64,000 nt of DNA from an uncultured Bacillota bacterium (GCA_963804645.1 CAWDRG010000009.1:672001-736000); one strand, 5' to 3'. Shown: positions 10,613-20,843, counted from the stretch's first letter. Notes: generated by a model from the letters alone, not told the origin. Numbers and translations are program-made.

Positions 10613-10949
10613 GCGTCCCGAACGCGTCATTGACCACGGGATACCCGGCGTAGAGCGCGACCTGCTTAAACATCGCGATCAGTTCCGCGGGCGTGACGCC
10701 GATGTTGAGGGCGCCGCGGAGATGGTTCTCGGCGTTCCGCCCGAGTGCGATGAGCACCGCGCAGGTCATGAGGCTCCGGGTGCGCAGCTCGATGGTCTCG
10801 TCGCCGTACACCCCGCCGTAGGCGTGCTCGGTGATGAAGTCCGCATACCCCGGGTCAAGGGCGCGGAACACCGCGATGCCGCCCTCGCGGTCAGGCCAGA
10901 GGCGCCGACGTATCGCGCGTCCGCGCTCCAGCAGCTCCTGGTCCGTCAT
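10560..10949 (-). CDS. Carboxymuconolactone decarboxylase/AhpD family protein
   Basis: RTRSLMTCAVLIALG, HLRGALNIG, YAGYP. Confidence 0.9.
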   Translation of the reverse strand: MTDQELLERGRAIRRRLWPDREGGIAVFRALDPGYADFITEHAYGGVYGDETIELRTRSLMTCAVLIALGRNAENHLRGALNIGVTPAELIAMFKQVALYAGYPVVNDAFGTLKALLDERQTKAAKPKT

Positions 10950-11010
10950 CCCGCCCTCCTCCTGCCCCGGCTCGTCGCGACGCGCACGTGGGCGAGCGCG
11001 TGGCCGCCTC

Positions 11011-11472
11011 TCAGAACAACTGCCGCTTCCCGAGGAGCGCCCGCAGCGTGGTCATCTTGCCGATGTGGTACCCGCGGTGGACGCACGCGCTCACCATCAA
11101 CTCACCGACGTTGGAGTAGGAGCGTCCCTCGCTCGGGGTCGGCGTGTCGTAGTCCGCGGTGGCGGCCGCCTTGAGGAGCGCCTCGTGCGTCCGCTCGAAT
11201 GCCTGCCGCACCTCGGCGAGCGGCGGGTACTCGGCCCGACCGCCCGTGCCCCGCTTGAAGAGGGTCGCGTACGATCCCGGCAGCTCGACCGGGACCCCCG
11301 CGAGCGTGACCCACCCGGCCTCGGTCAGCGTGATGTGCCCGAGCTGCCAGATGACCGGCGTGAGCCCGGCGATCACCCGGCCCGCCTCCTCGTCGGTCAG
11401 ATCCGCCGTGCACAGCTGCACGCGCTCGTGCGTGCTGAGAATCCCTCGGGCGGGCATCGAATTGGCGTTCAT
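11011..11472 (-). CDS. DinB/YfiT family protein (copy 1)
   Basis: WQLGHI and HRGYHIG motifs; start after GGAAAGGA. Confidence 0.85.
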   Translation of the reverse strand: MNANSMPARGILSTHERVQLCTADLTDEEAGRVIAGLTPVIWQLGHITLTEAGWVTLAGVPVELPGSYATLFKRGTGGRAEYPPLAEVRQAFERTHEALLKAAATADYDTPTPSEGRSYSNVGELMVSACVHRGYHIGKMTTLRALLGKRQLF

Positions 11473-11527
11473 AGAGTCCCGTCCTTTCCGGCACACGGAT
11501 GGCCGTGCGTACAGCCCGGAGTGGAGT

Positions 11528-11989
11528 CTATCCGAACAGCCGCTTCTTCTCGAGGAGCGCCCGCAGCGTGGTCATCTTGCCGATGTGGTACGCGCGGTGG
11601 ACGCACGCGCCGACCAGCATCTCGCCCACGTTCGAGTAGCCGCGGCCTTCGACGGGGGTGGCCAGGTTTCCGGAGGCGGCGATCGTGAGGAGCGCCTGGT
11701 GCGTCGCCTCGAAGGCCGCCCGCACGTCGGCGAGCGGCGGGTACTTCGCCTGTCCGCCCGTGCCCATTTTGAAGAGAGCCTCGTACGACGACGGCACCTC
11801 GACCGGGACGCCGCCCCGTTTCGCGTAGCCTACCTCGGTCATCGCGACGTGCCCGACCTGCCAGATCATCGGCGTGAGTCCGACGACCACGCGCCCCGCT
11901 TCTTCGTCGCTCAGGTCGGCGGTGCACAACTGGACGCGCTCGTGCGTGTTGAGGAGGCCGCGCGTGAGCCCGGCTCTATAGTCGTCCAT
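11528..11989 (-). CDS. DinB/YfiT family protein (copy 2)
   Basis: WQVGHV and HRAYHIG motifs; close paralog of the neighbouring gene. Confidence 0.85.
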   Translation of the reverse strand: MDDYRAGLTRGLLNTHERVQLCTADLSDEEAGRVVVGLTPMIWQVGHVAMTEVGYAKRGGVPVEVPSSYEALFKMGTGGQAKYPPLADVRAAFEATHQALLTIAASGNLATPVEGRGYSNVGEMLVGACVHRAYHIGKMTTLRALLEKKRLFG

Positions 11990-12064
11990 CTGGGTCCGTC
12001 CTTTCCGGCACCCGGGGGTGCCCGTCGACGTGATCGGCGCGCCGAGGGCGGCGGCCGACCCGGC

Positions 12065-13174
12065 CTACTGGACCTGCGCGCGGGCCGCGACGGCCCACGT
12101 CTCCTGTACGACACCTCCGCGGGCGACGACAAGGCGTTCGGCGAGGTTGACGGTGGGGCAGACGTGCGCGGGCAGGACGTGGACCAGATCCCCGACCCTG
12201 AGGCGGCGCGCGTCCTCGGTCAGCTGCACGCGTCCGTGCTCCTCCCAGAGGCGGTCGATCTGACAGTCCGGGTAATCGAGCAGCATCCCATGGCTCGGGC
12301 CTAGGCTGCTGTAGGGTCCGAACTCGCTCGTCAGCACCTTGCTGCCCGCGTCCAGGACCGCGACGTCGCGGGAGGGACGGCTGATCACGCGGGCGAGCAC
12401 GGTGAGGGCGCACTCGTCAAGCGTGGCCGATCCCCACTGCACCTGCATCGCGTCGTTGAACACGTACGTGCCGGGGCGGATCTCCGTGACGCCCTGCACG
12501 CGCGCCGCCGGCCGGCCGGTCGGCGTGGAGCCGACGCTGACCTCCGCGATCGGAAACCCCGCGGCGCGGAGGCGCTCCGCCTCGCGCACCATGATCTCCC
12601 CTTCTTCGCGCCCCGCCGCGTCCAGATCGGGGAGATACCCGCGGTAGGTGAAGATGCCCGCGATGCGCAGGCCGCGGAGGCGCGCGATCCCGCGGGCCAG
12701 CTCCAGCAGCGGCGCTCCCGGCGCCGCGCCGCAGCGGCCCAGGCCCGAGTCGACCTCCAGCATCACTTCGAGCTCGAGCCCGGCGTGCGCGGCAGCGGCC
12801 GCGAGCGGCTCGGCGCTCTCCAGGCTGTCCACGCCCACGCGGACGCGGATGTCGCGGGCCAGCGCGATCAGGCGCGGCAGTTTGGGGCCGCCGATGATTT
12901 CGTAGGCGAGGAAGACGTCCCGGACGCCGGCGGCGGCCATCACCTCGACCTCCCCGGTCTTCGCGAGCGTGAGCCCGACGGCGCCCGCGTCGAGCTGCCG
13001 GCGCGCGATCTCCACGCACTTATGCGTCTTGCCGTGCGGACGCAGCTTGACGCCCGCGTCCCTGGCGTACGCCGCCCACCGGGCGATGTTGCGCTCGAGC
13101 CGGTCGAGGTCCACGACCAGCGACGGCGTGTCGAGCAGGTCTACGCCCCGCGAGGGGGCCGCGACCGCCGGCAT
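12065..13174 (-). CDS. DSD1/D-threonine aldolase-like PLP enzyme (alanine racemase fold)
   Basis: LDTPSLVVD, LRPHGKTHK, GSTPT, EIRPGTYVFND, LDAGSK, EEHG, PAHVCPTVNL; ATG overlaps the nitroreductase stop. Confidence 0.9.
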   Translation of the reverse strand: MPAVAAPSRGVDLLDTPSLVVDLDRLERNIARWAAYARDAGVKLRPHGKTHKCVEIARRQLDAGAVGLTLAKTGEVEVMAAAGVRDVFLAYEIIGGPKLPRLIALARDIRVRVGVDSLESAEPLAAAAAHAGLELEVMLEVDSGLGRCGAAPGAPLLELARGIARLRGLRIAGIFTYRGYLPDLDAAGREEGEIMVREAERLRAAGFPIAEVSVGSTPTGRPAARVQGVTEIRPGTYVFNDAMQVQWGSATLDECALTVLARVISRPSRDVAVLDAGSKVLTSEFGPYSSLGPSHGMLLDYPDCQIDRLWEEHGRVQLTEDARRLRVGDLVHVLPAHVCPTVNLAERLVVARGGVVQETWAVAARAQVQ

Positions 13175-13782
13175 CAGCGGGCGGCCCGCGCGCCTTCGGG
13201 GCCGGTCATCCAGACGGTCTTCGCCGCGCCCGGCGCGCGCTTCCGCTGCGGCACGTCGACCGGGTAGCCGACGTACAGCATGCCGATGATGCGCTGGTCC
13301 GGCGTCACGCCGAGGTACTCCCGGAGCGGGCCGTAGCTGCGAAACTCGCCGGAGCGGAAGTAGGTGCCCACCCCGTCGCTCCAGGCGGCGAGCATCACCG
13401 CGTACGCCGCGCCGAAGGTGGACCAGACGTCTTCTTCGCCGAGCTCCGGATCGCTCGACGGCTTGACGGCGAACACGATGATCGCCCCCACATCGGCGGC
13501 GCCCGCGTAGGCCTTGTCCAGTACGGCCTGCGCCTCCGGCGCGCCAGGGTTCGGGAGCTTCGTACGCTGAAAGTCGCGCCGGAGCTCGGCGAACCTCCGC
13601 TTGGCGTCGCCCTCCAGCACGTAGAACGTCCACGGCTCCGTGACGCGGTGGTTGGGGACCCACACCGCGGCATCGAGCCACTGCTCGATCATCGCGCGGG
13701 GCACCGGATCTGGCTTCATGCGTGAGACGCTCCGCCGGGTGCGGATTGCGTCCAAGACGGTCGCGCTAGCCTGTCGGTCCAT
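13174..13782 (-). CDS. Nitroreductase family protein (YdjA-like)
   Basis: IRTRRSV, PNHRVTEPWTF, LYVGYP; GGAGG RBS. Confidence 0.9.
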   Translation of the reverse strand: MDRQASATVLDAIRTRRSVSRMKPDPVPRAMIEQWLDAAVWVPNHRVTEPWTFYVLEGDAKRRFAELRRDFQRTKLPNPGAPEAQAVLDKAYAGAADVGAIIVFAVKPSSDPELGEEDVWSTFGAAYAVMLAAWSDGVGTYFRSGEFRSYGPLREYLGVTPDQRIIGMLYVGYPVDVPQRKRAPGAAKTVWMTGPEGARAAR

Positions 13783-13874
13783 GAGGGCATGACCTCCGTG
13801 TGAGGGCGGACGTGAGAGAGGTTTCGCTGCGGGGGCTCGGGGCGCCTTTCGGGCGCGGTCACGCGGTGGCGCGG

Positions 13875-15254
13875 CTACACGGATGCGGGGTCGCCGACCC
13901 CTCGGGCCGGCTGGTCGCCCGCGTCGATGACGCGGCGCTCGAGCGCGGCGATCGCGTCGGCGTCGAACCGCTCGTCGGCCTCGCGCTTCAGCAAGAAGAT
14001 CGCGGTGTCCGGCGGGACCTCCGCGCAGTAGGGCCGCCAGGACGTCATCGCCTCGAAGGTGTCCGCCACGGCCAGCACCCGCGCCTCGGCGCTGAGCTGC
14101 GGGCGGGTGAGCCGCCACGGATACCCGCTGCCGTCGAGCCGTTCGTGGTGCAGCGCGGCCAGCCGCGCGACTTCCTGGAATGCGTCGACACGGGACAGGA
14201 GTTCCCACGTCCGGGTCGCGTGCTCGACGATGGCCTGACGCTCGTTCGCGTTCAGCGGGCCGGGCTTCTCGAGGATGCGGTTCGACACGGCGAGCTTCCC
14301 GATGTCGTGCAGCAGGCCGGCCCGGTAGAGGCGCCGCTGGGCGTCCGCGTCCATGCCGAGCATCTCCGCGATCCCGCGGGCGTACGCGGCGACCCGCGAC
14401 GAGTGCCCGGACGTGAAGGCCGTCTTCGCGTCGACGATCTCGGCGAACGATTCGGCGACCCGGTCGAGCTGCGACTCGTCGACGCGCCGCACCGCCTCGG
14501 CGGGCTCCGTGTCGCGCACCATCTCGCGCGCCTCATCGCTCCACGCGCGCGTCCACCACTCGTCGTCCTCGCCCCACCCTGCCAGGGTCTCGACGAGCGC
14601 GGGGTCAAACCACGTGCCCGACAGCGCGCGGATCGTCTGGAGGGCGGACGGCACGCCGCGGTCCGTCACGATCACCTCCACCGTCTGGGCGAGCCCGACG
14701 ATGCGCGCGAGGAGCGGGATCGCCTCCCCCACGAGTCCTTCGGGATGGCCTCGGCCGTCCCAGTGCTCGTCGAGCGCGTGGATCGCCTGGGCCGTGGCCT
14801 CGGGAAGTTCGAGCCGCCGCGCGATCTCGGCGCCCCGCTGCGCGCGCAGCTGGACGAGCTCCCGCGTGTTCCGGGATCCGGTGAGCGCGATCCGGCTCAT
14901 GTGGCGCACCCGCTCCGGCAGCGGACGCCCGATGCCAGCCGAGCGAATGCCGGAGATGACGGCATCGGTCTTGCGGGGCCAGTTGAGGGCGCGGAGCCGG
15001 CGCTTCACGATATGGTCGTCCGATCCGAACAGCGCGGCCATCCGCTCCGCGTTGCTGGATCCGCCGGTATCCTTCAGCAGGACCGCGTAGTGCAGCGCGG
15101 AGCGCGTCTCCGCGTCGAGGCCGACGGCTCCGGCCAGCCGCATCGCGACCAGGCACGATCGGATTGCGTGTCCGGCCGTCTGGCCCTCCGTGAGGTCCAG
15201 CGCGTACGACAGCGAGGCCAGCACGTCTGACAGGCTCACCGCGGCGGTCAACAC
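13875..15254 (-). CDS. Tandem HD / HD-GYP domain protein (putative cyclic-dinucleotide phosphodiesterase)
   Basis: Degenerate N-terminal HD (LLKDTG, DEHWDGRGHP); canonical C-terminal GHSSRV, LLHDIGK, HHERLDGSGYP. Confidence 0.88.
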   Translation of the reverse strand: MLTAAVSLSDVLASLSYALDLTEGQTAGHAIRSCLVAMRLAGAVGLDAETRSALHYAVLLKDTGGSSNAERMAALFGSDDHIVKRRLRALNWPRKTDAVISGIRSAGIGRPLPERVRHMSRIALTGSRNTRELVQLRAQRGAEIARRLELPEATAQAIHALDEHWDGRGHPEGLVGEAIPLLARIVGLAQTVEVIVTDRGVPSALQTIRALSGTWFDPALVETLAGWGEDDEWWTRAWSDEAREMVRDTEPAEAVRRVDESQLDRVAESFAEIVDAKTAFTSGHSSRVAAYARGIAEMLGMDADAQRRLYRAGLLHDIGKLAVSNRILEKPGPLNANERQAIVEHATRTWELLSRVDAFQEVARLAALHHERLDGSGYPWRLTRPQLSAEARVLAVADTFEAMTSWRPYCAEVPPDTAIFLLKREADERFDADAIAALERRVIDAGDQPARGVGDPASV

Positions 15255-15433
15255 GCTCGCTCCTTTACTGCTGTTGTCCAGCGCGTGCCGGGATCACTCG
15301 GAGTTGCGATCCGGCACGCGCGGATCGCCGCGAGGGTTTCGCGATTACCATACCCCCGGGCGGACCGGCACAGACCTTTCGCGGTCATCAGTGCGGCCCC
15401 CGTCGGACGTCGGACCGTGGCACGCGGCCGCGG

Positions 15434-16768
15434 CTACGCTTTGGCCGGCTGGGGCCGAACGCGGATATGATCGAGATGCTGGCGCACGATCGGCTCCAGC
15501 TCCTCCCACTCGATCGCCGTCTGGCGGCCGCCGTCGAACTCGTGTTCCATCCAGGCGTGGATCTCGTGGAGTCCCGGGTCGTCCTTCGCCGGCTCGATGC
15601 CCATGTGCTGCTTGATCAGAAAGATCAGGCCGGCGATCCCCGAGTCTTTGGTCAGCGAGACCTCGAGCGGCCGGCCGAGCAGGGTCGGGACGTCAAACGG
15701 CGCGTACATCCACCAGAACTTGTTGAGTCCGTCGGCGTGGATGCCCGCCCGGGTCCGGTGCGCGTCGCGGCCGTACAGCGGATACTTGGCCGGCAGCGGC
15801 TCGCCCATCTCGGCGTAGAGCGCGGCGAGGTCGTTCAGCGCCGTGAAGTCGGGGCGCGCGGTCGGGAAGTATCCCATCCCGATGAGATGCAGGAGGACTT
15901 GCTCGAGCGGCGCGTTTCCGGTGCGCTCCCCTTTGCCGAGGCACGTGCCGTTGATCGCGCCGCATCCCTCGCGGATCGCGGCCAGACAGTTCGCGACCAC
16001 GAGGCCGGTGTCGTTGTGCGGGTGGAACTCCAGGTCCTCGGCCACGAGCCCGGCCTTGCGCATCGCGCGGAAGATCAGCGGGACGCTGCGGGGCAGCGCG
16101 ACGTCGTCGTACGGCAGTCCCAGTCCCATCGTGTCGCAGATCCGGAACTTCGGCCGCAGCGAGGGTCCATACGGCGCCGCGGTGTCCATGACGGTCTCGA
16201 TGAAGGCGAGCATGAAGTCCATCGACGCGCGGGTGGCGTCCTCGAGGTGCAGCCGCGGCCGGACGCCGGCCTCCAGGGAGATCTTCACCGCGTCGAGATA
16301 CGTCCCGGCGGCCTGCACGCGGCCGCCGGGCTTGAACTTGTGAAAGGTGTGGTAGTCGGAGGCGGACGCCAGCATGCCGGTCTCGCGCATCCCGAGGGTC
16401 TTGATCAGCTCGACGTCCTTCGGGGTCGCGCGGATCCATGTCGTCGGCTCGATCGGCGCGCCGCTGCGGAAGCGCTCGAGCGCGCCCTGCAGCGCGGCGC
16501 GGTCGGAGGCGCGGTAGACGAAGAACTCCGCCTGCCGGATCGCGCCCGAGGTGCCGGTAAAGCGGCACAAGAGGTCGTAGATCCGGAGACTCTGGCTGGT
16601 GGTCAGCGGCAGCCCGCCCTGCTGCCCGTCCCGGTGTGTCGTTTCGGTCGTCCACGCCTCCTGGGGCAGCGTCGCGGGGCGGTGCGTCCAGATGTACCGC
16701 GGGAAGTCATCCCGCGGGAAGCTCTCGAGGAAATATTCCGGGGCGCTCGGATCGGTGATCTTCGGCAC
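15434..16768 (-). CDS. DRE-TIM acyltransferase, Re-citrate synthase-like
   Basis: TETTHRDGQQG, HLEDATRA, CDTMG, HPHND, GERTGN, TRAGIHADGL; GTG at 16768 after GAGGAGG. Confidence 0.8.
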   Translation of the reverse strand: MPKITDPSAPEYFLESFPRDDFPRYIWTHRPATLPQEAWTTETTHRDGQQGGLPLTTSQSLRIYDLLCRFTGTSGAIRQAEFFVYRASDRAALQGALERFRSGAPIEPTTWIRATPKDVELIKTLGMRETGMLASASDYHTFHKFKPGGRVQAAGTYLDAVKISLEAGVRPRLHLEDATRASMDFMLAFIETVMDTAAPYGPSLRPKFRICDTMGLGLPYDDVALPRSVPLIFRAMRKAGLVAEDLEFHPHNDTGLVVANCLAAIREGCGAINGTCLGKGERTGNAPLEQVLLHLIGMGYFPTARPDFTALNDLAALYAEMGEPLPAKYPLYGRDAHRTRAGIHADGLNKFWWMYAPFDVPTLLGRPLEVSLTKDSGIAGLIFLIKQHMGIEPAKDDPGLHEIHAWMEHEFDGGRQTAIEWEELEPIVRQHLDHIRVRPQPAKA

Positions 16769-16895
16769 GACACCCTCCTCGCTGTCGATCAGCGTGTCCG
16801 GCCCCGTGCGACCGTCGGCCGCGCCCGGACCGGGCCCGCGTCGTGGGCCCAGCGTGTCTAGTATACTGCCGGCGCCGTCCGGCCGCCAGCACCCG

Positions 16896-18495
16896 TTACT
16901 CGGCGGATGCGACGTCCGACGCGGACACCCGCTGGCCCCGCCGCATGAACAGCACCAGCGGCAGGCACGCAAAAAACACGATGCCGATGACACCGAACGC
17001 GTAATCGTATGCGACCACGTAGGCCTGCTGGGTGATCCAGGCCTGGAGCGTCGCGAGCGCCTGCATGTGGGCGGTCGTGGCATCGCTGCCGTGCGCGATG
17101 AATCCCGCCTGCAGCAGCTTCCACCACTGCATGAACTGCTGATTGTAGATGGACGCGTACTTCATCAGATTGGCGCTCGCGGTCACGACCTTGTGGTCGA
17201 CCAGCGTGATCACGATCGCGGTGCCCAGGCTGCCTCCCAGCTGCCGGACCAGGTTGTACATCCCGGTGGCGTTCTGCATCTGCGGCCGCGGGATCGTGGA
17301 CAGCGACGAGGTGGACAGCGACACGAACATCAGCGAGAACCCGATCCCCTGTAAAAGTTGCGGCACGAGGATCTGCACTTCGCTCGTGTTCAGGTTGAAC
17401 TGCGCCATCATCAGCCCGGCGCCGCCGCTCAGCAGCAGGCCGCAGGGCAGCATGATGTACACGCCGAGTCGGTTGTAGAGCATGCCGGCGATCGGCATCA
17501 TCAGGAGCATGCTGAGCGATCGGGGGATCAGGGTCACGCCGGCCTGCGTCGCGCTGTAGCCGAGCAGCTGCTGGAAGAACAGCGGCATGAGAATCATGCC
17601 GCCCCACAGCGCCAAGCCGAGCACCCCGATCACGATCGTCCCGGAGGCAAACGACGCGTTCCGCAGCACGCGAAGGTCCACCACGGGGTCCTTCACGCGC
17701 AGCTCCCAGAGGACGAACACGGTCAGGGCCACGACCGAGACGATGACGAGCGTCGTGATGAACGGGCTCCCGAACCACCCGTCCGTTTCCCCCTGCTCGA
17801 GCAGGATCTGCAGCGAGGCGAGGCCGACCGCCATCAGGCCGATGCCGACGCCGTCGATGCGGCGGATGCCCTGCGCCCGCATGTACGGCGGGTCGATGAT
17901 GAACAGCGACGCCATGAACAGGCCGATGATCCCGATCGGGATATTGACGAAGAAGATGAACGGCCACGAGAGGTTGTCCGTGATCCAGCCCCCGAGGCTC
18001 GGCCCAAGCGCGGGGCCGAGCATGCCGATCATCGCAAACATCCCCATCGCCTGCGCCTGTTCGTTCGGCGGGAACGTCTCGCGCATGATCGCCTGGGAGA
18101 CGGGCTGGAGCGCTCCGCCGCCGATCCCCTGGAGGACCCGGAAGGCGATCAGCTCGCCGAGCGTGCGGGACATGCCGCAGAGGGCGGACGCGATCGTGAA
18201 GATGGTGATCGACAGCATGAACATGCGCTTGCGGCCGAGCACCGACGCCACCCACGCGGTGAGCGGCATGATGATCACGAGGGTGATCAGGTAGGAGGTG
18301 CTGACCCACGTCACTTCCTGGGTGGTGACCCCGTACGTCGCCTTAATATGGGCGAGCGACACGTTGACGACGCTCGTATCGATCGCGCCCATCATGCCCC
18401 CGAACAGGATGGAGGCGGAGACGACCCACTTGTTGGGCCGCGGCGGGAACGCCGCGTCCGCCGAGGGCCGCCGGGAGGGTCGCGGTCGCGGCCAT
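16896..18495 (-). CDS. emrB: DHA2 family MFS efflux permease (EmrB-like); 1-nt frameshift near the 5' end
   Basis: IDTSVVNV, TSYLI, GPALGPSLGGWITDNLSWPFIFFVNIPIG; the first TM (NKWVVSASILFGG) lies upstream of the called Met, and the only nearby ATG (18495) is one base out of frame. Confidence 0.85.
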
Positions 18496-18505
18496 TGCGC
18501 TCGGC

Positions 18506-19930
18506 CTACTTGTCCACCCGTCGCGTGTCGATCGCCACCTCGCAGGACAGGCCGACCTGCAGGAGCCGGCCGGGATCCGTGCCCTGAACCAGGGTGATCT
18601 TGACGGGGACCAATTGGACGACCTTCACGAAGTTGCCGGTCGCGTTATCGGGCGGCAGGAGCGCGACGGACGACCCCGTCGCCGCGCCCAGGCTTTGGAC
18701 GTGGCCCTGGAAGACGCGGCCGCGAAACGCGTCCACGGTGATCCGCACCGGATTCCCGACCTGCACGTTGCTGAGCTGCGTCTCCTTGAGGTTCGCGACG
18801 ACCCAGATGTCGTGGGCGATCGTCACCGACAACAGCGGCTCGTTCGGCTGCACGACCATCCCCAGCTCCGCCGTGCGGTTCGTGACCCATCCGTCGGCGG
18901 GCGCGCGGATCAGCGTCCGGTCGAGGTTGACTTGTGCCGTCGTGACCGCCTGCGCGGCCTGCGCGGCCTGCGCCTGGGCCTGGGCCAGCATCTGCGCCTT
19001 CTGCTGCACGAGCGTGTTGCCGGCCTCGGCCTGCGCCAGGGTGCCCCGCGCCTGCGCGATCTCCCCCTGATTCACCGTGATGTTCTGTTCCGCGATGGTG
19101 ACCTGCTGGAGGTTGGCCTTCGCCGACACCAGCGCGGATTGGGCCTGCCGCAGGGCATCCTGAGCCGAGAGATACGCCGCCTGCGCGGTCTCGTACGCCG
19201 CGTTGTCGGCGTCGACCTGGGCCTGGGCAATCGCCCCCTCGGAGAGGAGCTGATGGTCGCGGGCGAGCGTCTTTTGCGCCGCATCGGCGTTCGCCTTGGT
19301 CGAGGCGATGTTGGCTTGCGCCGTGGTGACCTGTTCCTGCGCCTGGGAGACCGCGGCGGCCGTCTGCTGCCGTTCCATGTTCAGCTGTGCCTGGGCTTGG
19401 GGCAGCTTGGGCGTGGTCGCCTGGAGCGCGCCGCGCGCGACGCTCAGGCCGGTGCTGTACTCCTCTTGCTGCGCGTTCAGCGCCGCCTGCCCGGCATTGA
19501 CCTGCGCCTGGGCGGCCGCGAGATTCGCCCGCGCGGACCCGAGCGCGAGACGGTAGTCCGTGGGATCGATCTGGACCAGGACCTGTCCCGCGCGCACCAG
19601 CTGGTTGTCGGTGATGTCGAGCTTGACGATCGTGCCCGTGATCAGGGCCGCGACGGGCGCGACATCGCCGGTGGTCTGGGCGTTGTCGGTCTTCACGATC
19701 CCGAGGTTCGACCGCCAGTACGCGAACGCCGCCGCCAGGATGATCAGGACGACCAGGGCGGCCACCGGAAGCGCGAGACTCCGTCGGGACCTGCGGGTCG
19801 CAGGAGGCGTCTGCGGCTCGGGCGCCGGGATGTCACCATCCCGCCCCGAGCCGGTGGGGCGCGTTTTCTCAGCGTCGGCGGCAATCGTCGGGCCAGCCTT
19901 CACGTCGACTGCGCTAGGTGCGTCGTTCAT
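18506..19930 (-). CDS. emrA: HlyD/EmrA family membrane fusion protein
   Basis: TM anchor, TDNA, long coiled coil, IRAPADG, ANLKETQL, LLPPDNATGNFVKVVQ. Confidence 0.92.
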   Translation of the reverse strand: MNDAPSAVDVKAGPTIAADAEKTRPTGSGRDGDIPAPEPQTPPATRRSRRSLALPVAALVVLIILAAAFAYWRSNLGIVKTDNAQTTGDVAPVAALITGTIVKLDITDNQLVRAGQVLVQIDPTDYRLALGSARANLAAAQAQVNAGQAALNAQQEEYSTGLSVARGALQATTPKLPQAQAQLNMERQQTAAAVSQAQEQVTTAQANIASTKANADAAQKTLARDHQLLSEGAIAQAQVDADNAAYETAQAAYLSAQDALRQAQSALVSAKANLQQVTIAEQNITVNQGEIAQARGTLAQAEAGNTLVQQKAQMLAQAQAQAAQAAQAVTTAQVNLDRTLIRAPADGWVTNRTAELGMVVQPNEPLLSVTIAHDIWVVANLKETQLSNVQVGNPVRITVDAFRGRVFQGHVQSLGAATGSSVALLPPDNATGNFVKVVQLVPVKITLVQGTDPGRLLQVGLSCEVAIDTRRVDK

Positions 19931-20454
19931 CGGGTCTCTCCCACTCCTTCGAGTGACGGTGCTCGGCCGGCCGCCTGCTCCTGCAATACCTGCTCGCGTA
20001 TTCCCCGGAGCCGAACCAGCCGTTCCTGCAGTTCCTTGTGAAGCTTCGCCAGCCGCGCCGTGCGCTCGTCAACGATGCGCATCTGAGACTGTGCCAGCGC
20101 CATGGCCTGATCGAGCAGCCCGAGGCGCGTCGCCGGATCCGTGGCCTGCTGGTACGCCTCGCGGATTTCCGCGCGCACCGCGTCCGCGTGGAGCGTTTCC
20201 TTGATCTCAGCGAGTGAAATGCCGAGGAGCGACTGCAACTCCTTGATCCTCAGCAGCAGGGCGATCTCCGCCTCGGTGAAGAGGCGAAACCCGCCGGCGG
20301 TTCTCCCTGAGGGGGACAGCAGACCCACTTCTTCGTAGTAGCGAATCGCGCGCGGAGTCAAGCTCGTCCGGCGGACAACTTCTTCCATGCGGTAGTTCGC
20401 TTGGGGTCCGGTGGGATCTTGCTCCTCTGAGATGGGTGCCTGACCGTCCGTCAT
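19927..20454 (-). CDS. MerR family transcriptional regulator
   Basis: RAIRYYEEVGLLSPSGRTAGGFRLF, LGISLAEIKE; stop overlaps the emrA start. Confidence 0.93.
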   Translation of the reverse strand: MTDGQAPISEEQDPTGPQANYRMEEVVRRTSLTPRAIRYYEEVGLLSPSGRTAGGFRLFTEAEIALLLRIKELQSLLGISLAEIKETLHADAVRAEIREAYQQATDPATRLGLLDQAMALAQSQMRIVDERTARLAKLHKELQERLVRLRGIREQVLQEQAAGRAPSLEGVGETR

Positions 20455-20499
20455 CCGCTCATTCTCCTACCCAAAGCTTAATCAAATAGCGCTTTAGGG

Positions 20500-20530
20500 A
20501 TTATAACATACTCTTCCGTTAACGTGACAT
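20500..20530 (-). promoter_or_regulatory. Putative sigma70 promoter of merR-emrAB with a MerR-type operator
   Basis: Minus strand ATGTCA-19 bp-TATAAT with extended TG; palindrome CGTTAACG in the spacer. Confidence 0.55.
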
Positions 20531-20823
20531 TGCCCAAATTACTTCCGTTGTTGCCGCCCGTTTTCGGGGCGCCGGGACCGTCGCCATCCCTTCCGTCACG
20601 TAAACGAGAGATTCTACTCCTGCTCGCCGCCTGCCTTGACTTGCCTAGAATGGTTCGACCTGCCCCCCGAGGCGGTGCTGCCTCGGAAGGCGCCTGGTGA
20701 CGCGGGTCGAGGCCGGCACTCACGGGGTGATTCGTCCGTTGAAACTGGCATCGCTTCTTGCTATGCGCCGGCCGGAGCAATCCTGTTCCGGATGCCTATA
20801 TGTATTCGTATTCGCCTTCGACG

Positions 20824-20843
20824 TATAATCGAACACCGGTTCG
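20824..20843 (+). promoter_or_regulatory. TATAAT -10 box followed directly by a LexA (SOS) box upstream of ku
   Basis: TATAAT (20824-20829) then CGAAC-ACCG-GTTCG (20830-20843). Confidence 0.7.

Noticed and set aside
12065..13681. Apparent 538 aa fusion ORF
   Set aside because: The N-terminal part is an alternate frame of the nitroreductase; the PLP enzyme starts at 13174.
18940..19520. Repetitive GCCTGCGC/GCCTGG tracts
   Set aside because: They encode the Ala/Gln coiled coil of EmrA; not a DNA repeat element.
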